Shown here piece by piece: positions 41,804 to 50,691 of a stretch of DNA of 56,006 nucleotides. Position numbers and translations under genes: made by a program. The stretch lies in the NCBI GenBank assembly GCA_021413805.1, contig JAIOPR010000010.1:1-56006 (forward strand), in the 5' to 3' direction. Each line of letters begins with the position of its first letter. The first letter of the stretch is position 1. The DNA is from Planctomycetota bacterium. Lineage in GTDB: Bacteria; Planctomycetota; MHYJ01; WSZJ01. The notes below the pieces were generated by a model. The model was given only the letters and a program-made list of their open reading frames with translations. It did no database searches and was not told the DNA's origin.

Positions 41804-43408
41804 CTACCCTGCGGGTTTTGGAGTCCCTGCGGCTTTCGCGGCGGCTTCGTCGTCCTCGAGGATCGCGTCCAGGCCGAAGTAGTGTTTGCGGACGACGCGG
41901 TCGCGGTCGACCCACCACATGGAGCGGGCGCGGTCGTTGATGCGCTCGACGAACTTGCAGAGGACGACTTTCTGGCCGCGGATTTCGACTTCCTGTTCGC
42001 CGTGGCACTCGATCCCGCAGGGAGCGAGTTCGGTCGCCGTCCGCGCGAGGCGCTGCACGATGCGGCGCGAGCCGGGGGACTGGGAGAACGTCGCGATCCA
42101 CTGGCTCAGCCCGAACCCGGGGACGAAATCGTCGGGAAGCGCGCGCTTGTAGGGTTTTCCCTGCCAGGTGCCGATGAATCCGGTCTCGATGTGGCGGAGA
42201 GTGAAGAACGGCTGGCCGAGCTCGGTCTGGATGCCGTCCTGCATGAAATGGGCGTTGGCGATCTTGTCCTGGGCGCCGAAGACGACGACCGCGGAGGTTT
42301 TGTGCCACGTGTTGTCCTGGCCGAGGTAGTGCGTCTCGGTCTCGAGCATCGCCCCTTCGCCGGTCGTGTTGACGAGCTGCGACTCCCACCCGGCCGGCGC
42401 GCCGTTGTTCCAGAGCGAGTACCAGTACTTTCCTTTCCGGTAGACCCCGCGCTCGCCGAGTTCGCGGGTCGGCGCCGGCCCCGCGGCCGGGATCACCAGC
42501 TCGGGTCGCCGCGCCGGTTCGCCCGAAGGCGGCACCACCGCGGAATTCGCGCCCGGCGGCGGCGGCGCCGTCGCCCGCCCCATGATCTGCGAAGGAGAAT
42601 CCACCACCCCCGGGGTCGTCCCGCGTACTCCCGATCCCGGCGCACCCGGGACCCCCGGCGGCCGCGTCCCAGGTCCCGAAATCTGCGTCGATTGCCGCCC
42701 GGTCGCCCCCATCACCTTCGTCGGGTCGTCAAACGCCGCGATCCCGCCCGCCCCCATCGTCTGCCGGTCCCGCGCCACCGGCGCGCCCTTCGCCCCCGAC
42801 TCCGACGACTCCAGCACCGCATTCAGCCCGAAATTCACCCGCACCACCGTCCGGTCCGAATCCACCCACCACCGGTTCCGGTCCTTCCCCCCCACCCGCT
42901 CCACGAAATGCCACGCCTTGATTAGCTTTCCACCCACCTGCTGGTCCTCTTCGCCCACACACTCCACCCCCGCCGACGCCGGGATGTCCGCCCCCATCGG
43001 CAGCCGCGAGAAGGCCACGAGCGATTGCGACTCGAGCGGAAGCGTCGCCACCCACTCGGCGTTGCCGAAGTTGGGAATGAAGTCGGCAGGGAGGATCCTG
43101 GTGAAGGGTTTCCCTGCCCACGTCCCGCTGAAGACCTCGCCATTCCGGCGGATCTGGAATCCCATGACGCCGTCGCGCTGGTAGCGCACCGCCTCGAGCC
43201 GCGCGCCTCCCGTGCCGAACGCCAGCGTCGCGACGCTCTCCGACATCCCGCCCGCCGCCTTGTACGACGTCAGCGTCTCGATCGTCGCGCTTCCGTCCGA
43301 CACCGCGCTGACCACGTGGCGTTCGTAGCCCACCCGCTGCCCGTTCTGGTCCCACAGGGAGTACCAGCGGACGCCGCTTCGAAAAGGCGCTCGTTTCACG
43401 TTCGGCAT
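41804..43408 (-). CDS. hypothetical protein with two homologous ~210-aa domains joined by a Gly/Pro-rich linker
   Basis: Domain 1 (VRWYSLWDQNG...WWVDSDRTVVRVNFGLNAVLE) and domain 2 (KYWYSLWNNGA...WWVDRDRVVRKHYFGLDAILE) align along their whole length. Confidence 0.7.
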   Translation of the reverse strand: MPNVKRAPFRSGVRWYSLWDQNGQRVGYERHVVSAVSDGSATIETLTSYKAAGGMSESVATLAFGTGGARLEAVRYQRDGVMGFQIRRNGEVFSGTWAGKPFTRILPADFIPNFGNAEWVATLPLESQSLVAFSRLPMGADIPASAGVECVGEEDQQVGGKLIKAWHFVERVGGKDRNRWWVDSDRTVVRVNFGLNAVLESSESGAKGAPVARDRQTMGAGGIAAFDDPTKVMGATGRQSTQISGPGTRPPGVPGAPGSGVRGTTPGVVDSPSQIMGRATAPPPPGANSAVVPPSGEPARRPELVIPAAGPAPTRELGERGVYRKGKYWYSLWNNGAPAGWESQLVNTTGEGAMLETETHYLGQDNTWHKTSAVVVFGAQDKIANAHFMQDGIQTELGQPFFTLRHIETGFIGTWQGKPYKRALPDDFVPGFGLSQWIATFSQSPGSRRIVQRLARTATELAPCGIECHGEQEVEIRGQKVVLCKFVERINDRARSMWWVDRDRVVRKHYFGLDAILEDDEAAAKAAGTPKPAG

Positions 43409-43537
43409 GAGGGGGCTCGCAAGCCCGCGATCCTGCGTGGGATGCGGGAGGAGGGGAAGGATAATAGCAGGGAACGGGCGGCGCGTGCCGGTGTTTTTAT
43501 TGCGTGGGGCCCTTCGACTCGCTCAGGGCAGCCGGGC

Positions 43538-44740
43538 CTACCCGACCAGCTTCAGCACGGCGAAGATCGCCGCACGCACCTTCACCCGCTTCACCTCAAG
43601 CTCCAGCCGGTCCTTCCCGAATTCCAGGATCTCGTCGTAGCCGTTCGCGTAGGGAAGCGGGTAATCGACGACGTGGTCGGGCGTGACGCCTTTGCCTTCG
43701 AGCTTGTCGCCCTTGGTGTAGACGCGGCCGTCCACGACGGGGCAGAGGAGACAGGATCCGTCGCCGAGCGGGAAGAACTGCGAGCCGAGCACGGCGCCCT
43801 CCGTGGTGCGGCCGACTGCGGGGCCGAGGTGCTCGCGCATCCACGACCACGTGAAGATTTCCTTCGCGGAGCGCGACCGGTCGTCCACGAGCAGCACGAC
43901 GGGTTTGTCCCAGGCGCCGGTGCGGAAGAGGCCGAGGATGGCGTTCATGACGATCGGTGATCCGCCGCGGCCGCGGACGTCGAGGAGCAGGCCGTCGCAC
44001 TGGGAGAATTCCTTCGCCATGGCGCTCGAGACGGTGCCGAAGATCTGGGAGACGAGGAAGTGCCAGGTGTGGACGTAGCCGAATTTCATGCCGTGGTACT
44101 TGATGACGCGGACGCTGTTCTGTGTCGCGATGACGCCGGAGATCGCCTCGGGCGTGACGGTGACAGTGCGCGGCTTGCCCTTCTCGGACTCGACCGTCAT
44201 CTCGACCGGGTCGGTCCCCTCGAGGCGCACGTAATACAGCGGCGGCCAGGGCAGCCCCGGGTCGCACCCTTCATCTTCCAGCCGCCCCGACTTCTTCGCA
44301 GCCACGCCCTCGATCTTCACGATCCGGTCGCCGCGCTTGATCCCCGCCTTCACCGCCGGCCCGCCCTCGAGCAGGCTCCGCACGAAAATCCCGCCGTCGA
44401 TCTCGATCGCCTCAAACCCCAGCTGCGGCCGCGGTTCCGAGCCCAGTTCCGGCAGCATGTGCTCCTGGTACGCGTCCTTCGACATCAGCACCAGGTGCGA
44501 CGCCTTCAACTCGCCCAGCATCCTGTTCGTGATCTCGATCAGCTCCGTCTCCGTCTTCGCTTCCTTCGCCAGCGGCCGGTATTTGTCCTTCAGCGCGTCC
44601 CACGTCTCGCCCACCTGCTTCTTGTCGTAGAAGTTCGCCTTCGTCGTCTTCCACGCTTCGTCGAACGTCTTGATCCGCGGTTTCTCCGCGAACGCCGAAA
44701 CGGACAGGACGAGCGACAGGCAGATGGCGATGAGGCGCAT
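43538..44740 (-). CDS. S41 family peptidase (tail-specific/C-terminal processing protease-like) with PDZ
   Basis: Signal peptide MRLIAICLSLVLSVSAFA, PDZ GGPAVKAGIKRGDRIVKIEGV, and LLVDDRSRSAKEIF containing the S41 Ser/Lys region. Confidence 0.85.
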   Translation of the reverse strand: MRLIAICLSLVLSVSAFAEKPRIKTFDEAWKTTKANFYDKKQVGETWDALKDKYRPLAKEAKTETELIEITNRMLGELKASHLVLMSKDAYQEHMLPELGSEPRPQLGFEAIEIDGGIFVRSLLEGGPAVKAGIKRGDRIVKIEGVAAKKSGRLEDEGCDPGLPWPPLYYVRLEGTDPVEMTVESEKGKPRTVTVTPEAISGVIATQNSVRVIKYHGMKFGYVHTWHFLVSQIFGTVSSAMAKEFSQCDGLLLDVRGRGGSPIVMNAILGLFRTGAWDKPVVLLVDDRSRSAKEIFTWSWMREHLGPAVGRTTEGAVLGSQFFPLGDGSCLLCPVVDGRVYTKGDKLEGKGVTPDHVVDYPLPYANGYDEILEFGKDRLELEVKRVKVRAAIFAVLKLVG

Positions 44741-44845
44741 GGGGAATCCTGTTGAAGAAGTGAAGTGATTTACGGACGCGGCGTCGTGGTGATAGGCCCC
44801 TTGGGTGAAATGTCGCTTAAACCCGTGGTCACGTGATCCTGATTG

Positions 44846-45415
44846 CTAGCCGCTGCGTTCGCGTTCCAGACGTTCCTTCGAGGCCTTCGCAGGAGTCCAG
44901 CCGCTCCTCTTCAGGACGTTCCGGAGCTCCGGGAGGCATGCCCCGATCCTTGCCGCCGCTTCGTCCAGTGTCTCGTTCTTCCTGCAGATCCCGCCAGCCT
45001 CGTCGAAACCCATCTGCTGGTTGATATTCAAGGGCATCATCGCCCCCACCTTGCAGACGACCTTCCCGCTGAGGTTCGAAAAATCGACCTTCAGTGCGTG
45101 CGTCAGCACTTTCCAGGCGGCGATGGCTTCGTGGGCACTCTCCCCGGCAGGCAGCTTCCTTCGCGCCTTCCATGCCTTCCGTGACTTCGCCCCTTCTTCA
45201 GCAACGATTCGAAGCGCGCTGACGGGCAAATACACGAACATGGACATACCGACGAGCTCGCTGCCATCGAGCTTCGGCGCAATCCTCCCAGGCCTCTTCA
45301 TCTTTCCGCCGGTGCCGGGCTCGGCAACTTCCGGGGAGGGAGACTCAGGCATGCACTCCCCGACGATCTTCGCATCGACGGACGTCCGTGGCTTCCGGAC
45401 ACGCCGTTTTTTCAT
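44846..45415 (-). CDS. hypothetical protein translationally coupled to queC
   Basis: ATG 45415 overlaps the queC stop (ATGA). Basic N-terminus MKKRRVRKPR. GC is lower than in flanking genes. No motif recognised. Confidence 0.5.
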   Translation of the reverse strand: MKKRRVRKPRTSVDAKIVGECMPESPSPEVAEPGTGGKMKRPGRIAPKLDGSELVGMSMFVYLPVSALRIVAEEGAKSRKAWKARRKLPAGESAHEAIAAWKVLTHALKVDFSNLSGKVVCKVGAMMPLNINQQMGFDEAGGICRKNETLDEAAARIGACLPELRNVLKRSGWTPAKASKERLERERSG

Positions 45416-46095
45416 CGAGACGAGCCCCCATACTTCGTGGGGTCCTGGATCCGTGCCGTCTCGAATCCCTGCCGTCGAAGGGTGCACGAATCGCACTGAC
45501 CGCAAGCCCGTCCCCGGCGGTCGGGGTCGTAGCAGGAGTGGGTGAGCGAGAAGTCGAATCCCGCCGCGGCGCCGGCGCGGATGATTTCGGCCTTTGTCAT
45601 GCGGATCAGCGGCGCGTGGATTTTCCAGCGCGCGCCCTCGGCTCCGGATTTCGTCCCCGCGGCGAGGACGCGCTCGAAGGCGCGGAGAAATTGCGGCCGG
45701 CAGTCCGGGTAGCCCGAGTAGTCGAGTACGTTGAACCCGACGACGAGGTCCCGCGCCCCGATCGTCTCCGCGAACGCCGCCGCGATCGCCAGGAACACCG
45801 TGTTCCGCGCCGGCACGTACGTCGAAGGGATCCCCTTCCCGATCCGCCGCTTCTTCGGCACCGCGATCGCCCGATCCGTCAGCGCGCTTCCCCCGAACGC
45901 CGCCAGGTCCAGCGCCACCACGCGGTGATCCCGTATCCCCAGCGCCCGCGCCACGCGCTTCGCGGCCGCCAGCTCCACCGCGTGCCGCTGGCCGTAGCGG
46001 AACGAGAGGGCGTGGAGGCGGAACTTTTTTCGGAGAAGGGCTCCTGCGGTGGCGGAGTCGAGGCCGCCGGAGAGGAGAAGGACGGCGTTGGGCAT
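45412..46095 (-). CDS. queC: 7-cyano-7-deazaguanine synthase
   Basis: The PP-loop is LLLSGGLDSATA. Further motifs are FRYGQRH and YPDCR, and the Zn cluster is CGQCDSCTLR. Confidence 0.92.
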   Translation of the reverse strand: MPNAVLLLSGGLDSATAGALLRKKFRLHALSFRYGQRHAVELAAAKRVARALGIRDHRVVALDLAAFGGSALTDRAIAVPKKRRIGKGIPSTYVPARNTVFLAIAAAFAETIGARDLVVGFNVLDYSGYPDCRPQFLRAFERVLAAGTKSGAEGARWKIHAPLIRMTKAEIIRAGAAAGFDFSLTHSCYDPDRRGRACGQCDSCTLRRQGFETARIQDPTKYGGSSR

Positions 46096-46101
46096 GGGCC
46101 C

Positions 46102-46698
46102 ATGCTATACGATCCGCCCATCGACTCTACCTCTTCAACCCAGGGCCCGGACGGCGACACCGACCTCATGCTCCGGTGTGGCGGGGGGGACCGTGCGGCG
46201 TTCGAAGAGCTTCTCAAGCGGTACGAGACGCGCCTGCTTGCCTTCATCCGGTCGATCGTGCGCGACCGCGGCGACGCGGAGGACCTCTTCCAGGAAACGT
46301 TCCTTCGCGTGCACCGGGCGGCGCCGCGTTATGTGCCGAAGGCGCGGCTGTCCACGTTCCTGCACACGATTGCGCGGAACCTGGCGCTGAATTTTGTCCA
46401 AAAGAAGCGGGAGAAGCCGGTTCAACCTGTTGTGGAACCCGCGACCGCGGAAGAGGCCGGCCGGGGCGTCGATCTCGACGCCCTGAGGACGACGCTCGCC
46501 GCGGCGCTGTCCGCTCTTCCCCCCAACCAGCGGGAGGCGATCACGCTGAGGTACGTGAGCGAGCTGCCGTACAAGCGGATCGCCGAGGTCATGGGCGCGC
46601 CGATGGGGACCGTCGCTTCGTGGGTGCACGAAGGCCTGAAGACGCTGTCGCCGTCGATGCGGAAGTTCGGGCCGATGGCGGGGGAGGAAGAGCGATGA
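46102..46698 (+). CDS. ECF sigma factor
   Basis: AFEELLKRYETRLLAFIRSIVRDRGDAEDLFQETFLRVHR is region 2. QREAITLRYVSELPYKRIAEVMGAPMGTVASWVHEGL is region 4. Confidence 0.85.
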   Translation: MLYDPPIDSTSSTQGPDGDTDLMLRCGGGDRAAFEELLKRYETRLLAFIRSIVRDRGDAEDLFQETFLRVHRAAPRYVPKARLSTFLHTIARNLALNFVQKKREKPVQPVVEPATAEEAGRGVDLDALRTTLAAALSALPPNQREAITLRYVSELPYKRIAEVMGAPMGTVASWVHEGLKTLSPSMRKFGPMAGEEER

Positions 46699-47462
46699 GC
46701 CATCCGGTCACGCCGGTGCAGTTGCTGCTTCACGACGCGGGCGAGCTGGACGCGGCGGAAGCGCGGGCGGTGTCGTTGCATGCCGCGGGGTGCGCGGAGT
46801 GTGCGGCGCAGCTGGCGGAGTTGAGGACGCTGGGGGCGCTGGTGGCGAAGGGAGGCTTGCCGGAGCCGCAGGTCCTCCGGAGGCAGCGTGTCATCGCGGC
46901 GGCGTTCGGCGTCTCGCACCGGAGGATCGCCTGGGGCCTCGCCCTCGCGGTGGCGGCGGCGCTTCTGTTCGCCGTCGGTCGCGCGTGGTGGCCAGCGGGT
47001 CGGACCGTCCCGCCGAAACCGGCGAACCCCTGGGTCGCGCGGCACCATGAGGCCTTGCAGCGCCTCGACCGGCGGCCGGTCGAATTGGCGCGCGGGCCGG
47101 GCGAGCCGGGAGCGGGGATCGGCAGCGCGCCGATCGGCCCGGAGCCGGGGGACGCGGCGCGGGCGGCGGTGGCGAAATGGGAAGCGATCGCCGGCGTGAG
47201 GGCGCTCTACCCGGCGCGGGTCCCGGAGGGGATGCGGTTCCGGCAAGCGCGCGTGGCGGGCGACGCGGTGGAAGTAACGTTCGCGGGGGGCGGGAAGTCG
47301 TTCACGGTGTTCGCGGGGGCGGGAGACGGTGTGGAACGGGTCGAAGGGACGGTCGTTGCCGGGACTGCCGCGGGGCTGCGCTTCGTGATCGTCGGGGAGG
47401 GGCTGGGCGCCGCCGACCTGAAGCTGATCCGGGAGTCGCTGGAGCGCCCGGCGCCGAAATAA
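46695..47462 (+). CDS. anti-sigma factor (zf-HC2-like N-terminus, single TM)
   Basis: ATGA overlap with the sigma stop. The zf-HC2-like N-terminus is LHAAGCAECAAQLAEL. The TM helix is IAWGLALAVAAALLFAV. Confidence 0.75.
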   Translation: MSHPVTPVQLLLHDAGELDAAEARAVSLHAAGCAECAAQLAELRTLGALVAKGGLPEPQVLRRQRVIAAAFGVSHRRIAWGLALAVAAALLFAVGRAWWPAGRTVPPKPANPWVARHHEALQRLDRRPVELARGPGEPGAGIGSAPIGPEPGDAARAAVAKWEAIAGVRALYPARVPEGMRFRQARVAGDAVEVTFAGGGKSFTVFAGAGDGVERVEGTVVAGTAAGLRFVIVGEGLGAADLKLIRESLERPAPK

Positions 47463-47541
47463 TCGGAATTTCCCAAAAAAGGTCCGCGGAGCCGGTTTCA
47501 CAGACGGCGGGGAAACACGGTTCCATTCGAGGAGTTGCCCG

Positions 47542-49827
47542 ATGCTGCACCGCACGATCGTCCTGGCTCTCGTCCTGCTCGCTTCCTGCGCGGCGGCCCT
47601 CCGCGCCGACATCTCCCCCGAACCGCTGGGCGGCGGGGTCACGCCGGGTCCGCGCGGCGAGAAGACCGACGTCGCGATGACTGCAGAGGAAGTGGAGCTG
47701 GGGCTGTCGAAGGACCGCCTCGACGTCAAGGTGACGTTCCATCTCGAGAACCTCGGGGCGGAGACGTCGCTTCAGGTCGGCTTCCCCATGACTTCCATCG
47801 ACGAACTGAAGGACTTCAAGGTCGAGATCGACGGCAAGAAGGAAGGCCCCGCGCTGGTGGCCGCGCCGCCGGGGAAGGAGCCCGGCGGGCACGACTTCAG
47901 CTACTGGCTGGCGTGGGAGATGAAATTCGCGCCGGCCGAGAAGAAGACGGTCGTCGTGAGCTACAACGTCTCCGCGCTGGAGCGCGCTTTCGCCGTCCGT
48001 GAAGAATCGAGCTCGGAGTGGGAGGAGTATTTGGGCGGCGAGGACGTCGAAACGAGCCTGGCGCGCCGCCGGACGTACTACATCCTCGAGACCGGCGCCC
48101 CGTGGAAAGGCCCGATCGGCAAGGCGGTCGTCCGGCTGAAGCTGGAAGGCGGGCTCACCGCCGCGAACCTGCGCGAGCTCTCGCCGCCCCCGACGTCGCG
48201 CAACGCTGCCGGCGCCGAGTGGTCTTTCACGGACCTCGAGCCGACGGAGAACATCGAGATCGCCTTTTGCCCGGCCACGACGCTCGACCGCGAAATCGAG
48301 ATCACCCGGGGCGTCCACGGCGAGGCGATGAGCACCTGGGACCGTCTTTGCTTCCACAAGCATCTTGCGGACCTGCTCCGGCTGAAGGGCGATGGAGCCG
48401 GCATGAGGGCCGCTTACGACGCGATGCTCGACACGATCATCGCGGAGCAGGGCGAGGAGCCGGCGAGCGACAAGCCCTGCACGGACGAGATCAACGAAAT
48501 CGCCACCAATCTCTTCTCTTCTCCCGAGGCCCTGGCCGACCCCGCGACCGCCGCCCGTGCGAAGAAAGCCTGCGACTTTCTCGACCGCTGGATCGCCGCC
48601 GTGGGTGACGACGACGAGGTGCTCGCGGCGCTCGTGAAGGCCCGCAAGGCGCTCGGCCGGGACTTCCGCGAACTGGTCCACATCCTGGATTGGGGCGGGC
48701 CGGAGGGACGGACGATGGAGATGCCGGACGTGAGCGACGCCGGGAAGGCCACGCTGGAGGAAGAACGCGTCACGATCACGGTCGGCCCGGCGGAAACGAT
48801 CTACGACACGACCTTCATCCTCCGCGGCCGTCGCGACGGCACGGCGAAGGTGACTCTCGGCGGACCCCTCTGGCCCGCGGAGATCGAGCTCGTCACCGCG
48901 GCCGCGGGAACGTTCGACAACCTGTCTGTCACCGTGGATGGCGCCCCCGTCAAGGTCGGGCCCGTCGCGTGCTCCATCCCGAACGGCCCCGACGACCCGC
49001 CGCGCGCCGAGACCCGCACCGGCTGGACCCTTGCCCTCCGCGCCGGCCAGACGATCGAAGTCCGCGTGCGGGTCACGGTGGAATCCTCCCCGGACCTTTC
49101 CGGCTATGCCTGGAAATCCTCCCCCAGGACCCCGCCCGATGACGAACGCCGCTTCGACCGCCGCCGCGCCACCTGGACCGCCGCCGGCACCTGCTGGACG
49201 ACCCCGCGCAAACTCATCGTCGCGGTCCGTCTCCCCGACGGCGTCTCCCCGGCCCACGTCCGGCATCTCTTCCCCGACACCGGAAAGCTCGACGGCTCCA
49301 CCGCCCGCTGGACCTTCGACGCCGTCGACACTTCGGGCGTCCACGCCGAAACCGAGGTGCACGTCCAGTGGAAGGGCTTCACGCTTGACGAGGAAGTCGC
49401 CCACCTGCGGAAACTCCTCGACTCCAAGCCCGCAGGCGCCGACATCGTTCGCTTCCAGCTCGCCCTCGCTCTCCGCCAGGCGGGACGCTTTGAGGACGAG
49501 ATCGCCGCGCTCGACGAACTGATCGCCGCGAACGCCGACCCGCTGTCCGCCGGCGCCGACCAGGACCAGTTGAAGCTCGACCCGGGCTTGACCGGAACCC
49601 GCCCACTTCCGTGCTACGTTTTCGAAGCCCGCCGCAAGCTCGGCGACGACAAGGCCACTCGCGCCGCCGCTGCGCGCGCCGTCGAGGCACTCAAGGCGAA
49701 GATCGCCGACACGCACAACCCGCACGAGGACAAGTCGCCCCTCTGGCGAGAGCTGGCGGAAGTGGAACGGTTCCTGGGAAATGAGGCGGAGGCGAAGCAG
49801 GCGGAGGAGCAGGCTGGCCAGAGGTGA
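47542..49827 (+). CDS. secreted protein of unknown function (N-terminal beta-rich domains, C-terminal helical/TPR-like region)
   Basis: GAGGAG SD. The signal peptide is MLHRTIVLALVLLASCAAAL. It is co-directional with the sigma/anti-sigma pair. The N-terminus is reminiscent of DUF4424, but this is from memory and low confidence. Confidence 0.7.
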   Translation: MLHRTIVLALVLLASCAAALRADISPEPLGGGVTPGPRGEKTDVAMTAEEVELGLSKDRLDVKVTFHLENLGAETSLQVGFPMTSIDELKDFKVEIDGKKEGPALVAAPPGKEPGGHDFSYWLAWEMKFAPAEKKTVVVSYNVSALERAFAVREESSSEWEEYLGGEDVETSLARRRTYYILETGAPWKGPIGKAVVRLKLEGGLTAANLRELSPPPTSRNAAGAEWSFTDLEPTENIEIAFCPATTLDREIEITRGVHGEAMSTWDRLCFHKHLADLLRLKGDGAGMRAAYDAMLDTIIAEQGEEPASDKPCTDEINEIATNLFSSPEALADPATAARAKKACDFLDRWIAAVGDDDEVLAALVKARKALGRDFRELVHILDWGGPEGRTMEMPDVSDAGKATLEEERVTITVGPAETIYDTTFILRGRRDGTAKVTLGGPLWPAEIELVTAAAGTFDNLSVTVDGAPVKVGPVACSIPNGPDDPPRAETRTGWTLALRAGQTIEVRVRVTVESSPDLSGYAWKSSPRTPPDDERRFDRRRATWTAAGTCWTTPRKLIVAVRLPDGVSPAHVRHLFPDTGKLDGSTARWTFDAVDTSGVHAETEVHVQWKGFTLDEEVAHLRKLLDSKPAGADIVRFQLALALRQAGRFEDEIAALDELIAANADPLSAGADQDQLKLDPGLTGTRPLPCYVFEARRKLGDDKATRAAAARAVEALKAKIADTHNPHEDKSPLWRELAEVERFLGNEAEAKQAEEQAGQR

Positions 49828-49909
49828 TGGGAAGCCCGTGCTTTGCGGCGACTGTTCGCCTGGTTACACCGTTGGCAATCCGCCGGGAGATTCAGATGTT
49901 ATTGCGTCG

Positions 49910-50284
49910 TCAGACGTGACCGCGCGCCTTGCCCAAGGGTCGCATGCGGACCGACTTCGAAGTCACAACGCTGAAATGTCCCACCCAGATCAAGTCGGAC
50001 TGGAGAACCGAGACCACGCGGTGCGTGTCTTCAGCAGGGGAAGCTCCGTCAAGCCGGAACAGGATGACTCCCGGCGGAGCTTGCTTCAGGTCGCGGAACA
50101 CGAGGTCGCCGAAATCCTTGTCGAGCGTGACCAGAATCCGATGCTCGTCGTGCGCCTTCGCGAGCACCTTTACATCCGGCGCGCCGGGAATGGAGTCGGT
50201 CGCGCACACGATGTCGACACCCGCCGCCACCAGCTCCGCGATGGCGACCTCGGAAACGCACTGGTCGGCGAAGAATCGCGTCAA
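49910..50284 (-). CDS. DUF5615 (PIN-like/Mut7-C-like) putative toxin
   Basis: MTRFFADQCV...GAPDVKVLAKAHDEHRILVTLDKDFGDLVF...GVILFRL matches the DUF5615 pattern. The TTG start overlaps the upstream stop (TTGA). Confidence 0.75.
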   Translation of the reverse strand: MTRFFADQCVSEVAIAELVAAGVDIVCATDSIPGAPDVKVLAKAHDEHRILVTLDKDFGDLVFRDLKQAPPGVILFRLDGASPAEDTHRVVSVLQSDLIWVGHFSVVTSKSVRMRPLGKARGHV

Positions 50285-50547
50285 GCGGGCAGCGTGTACG
50301 CTTTTTCGCCCGACAGCACCTCGCGCGCGTACGCCAGGCAGGCGCGCACGTCCGCCTCCTCGAGGAAGCGGTAGTGCTTCAGCACGTCCGGGATGGTCCA
50401 GCCGCGCGCCAGCAGATCGATCACGAATTCCACCGAGATGCGCGTTCCCCGCACGATCGGTTTTCCGACCAACACCTTCGAGTCAACAGTAATACGGTCG
50501 AGGATGCCGCGTTCGGAGCGAGCGTGTTTCGGGACGACTTTCTTCAT
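50281..50547 (-). CDS. DUF433 putative antitoxin
   Basis: ITVDSKVLVGKPIVRGTRISVEFVIDLLARGWTIPDVLKHYRFLEEADVRACLAYA is the classic DUF433 signature. Confidence 0.85.
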   Translation of the reverse strand: MKKVVPKHARSERGILDRITVDSKVLVGKPIVRGTRISVEFVIDLLARGWTIPDVLKHYRFLEEADVRACLAYAREVLSGEKAYTLPA

Positions 50548-50691
50548 GCGGGACAGTATACCGCGAACGATGGGAGGTGGAGTTCGAGCAGGTGTCGCGG
50601 GATCCCGGAGCGCCGTGGGCCGGGTACCCTTCGACGTGCTACCTGATTTTCTGGCCGCCTCCTGACACCGGCCCGCGCTGATCGGCTGCGC

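Noticed and set aside
47302-49725. 807-aa minus-strand ORF, with similar cases at 8014-10215 (+), 38946-40931 (+) and 34067-35872 (-)
   Set aside because: All are antisense or out of frame relative to genes with recognisable domains or signal peptides. They have Arg/Gly/Asp/Pro-dominated composition and no motifs. They are GC-driven open frames.
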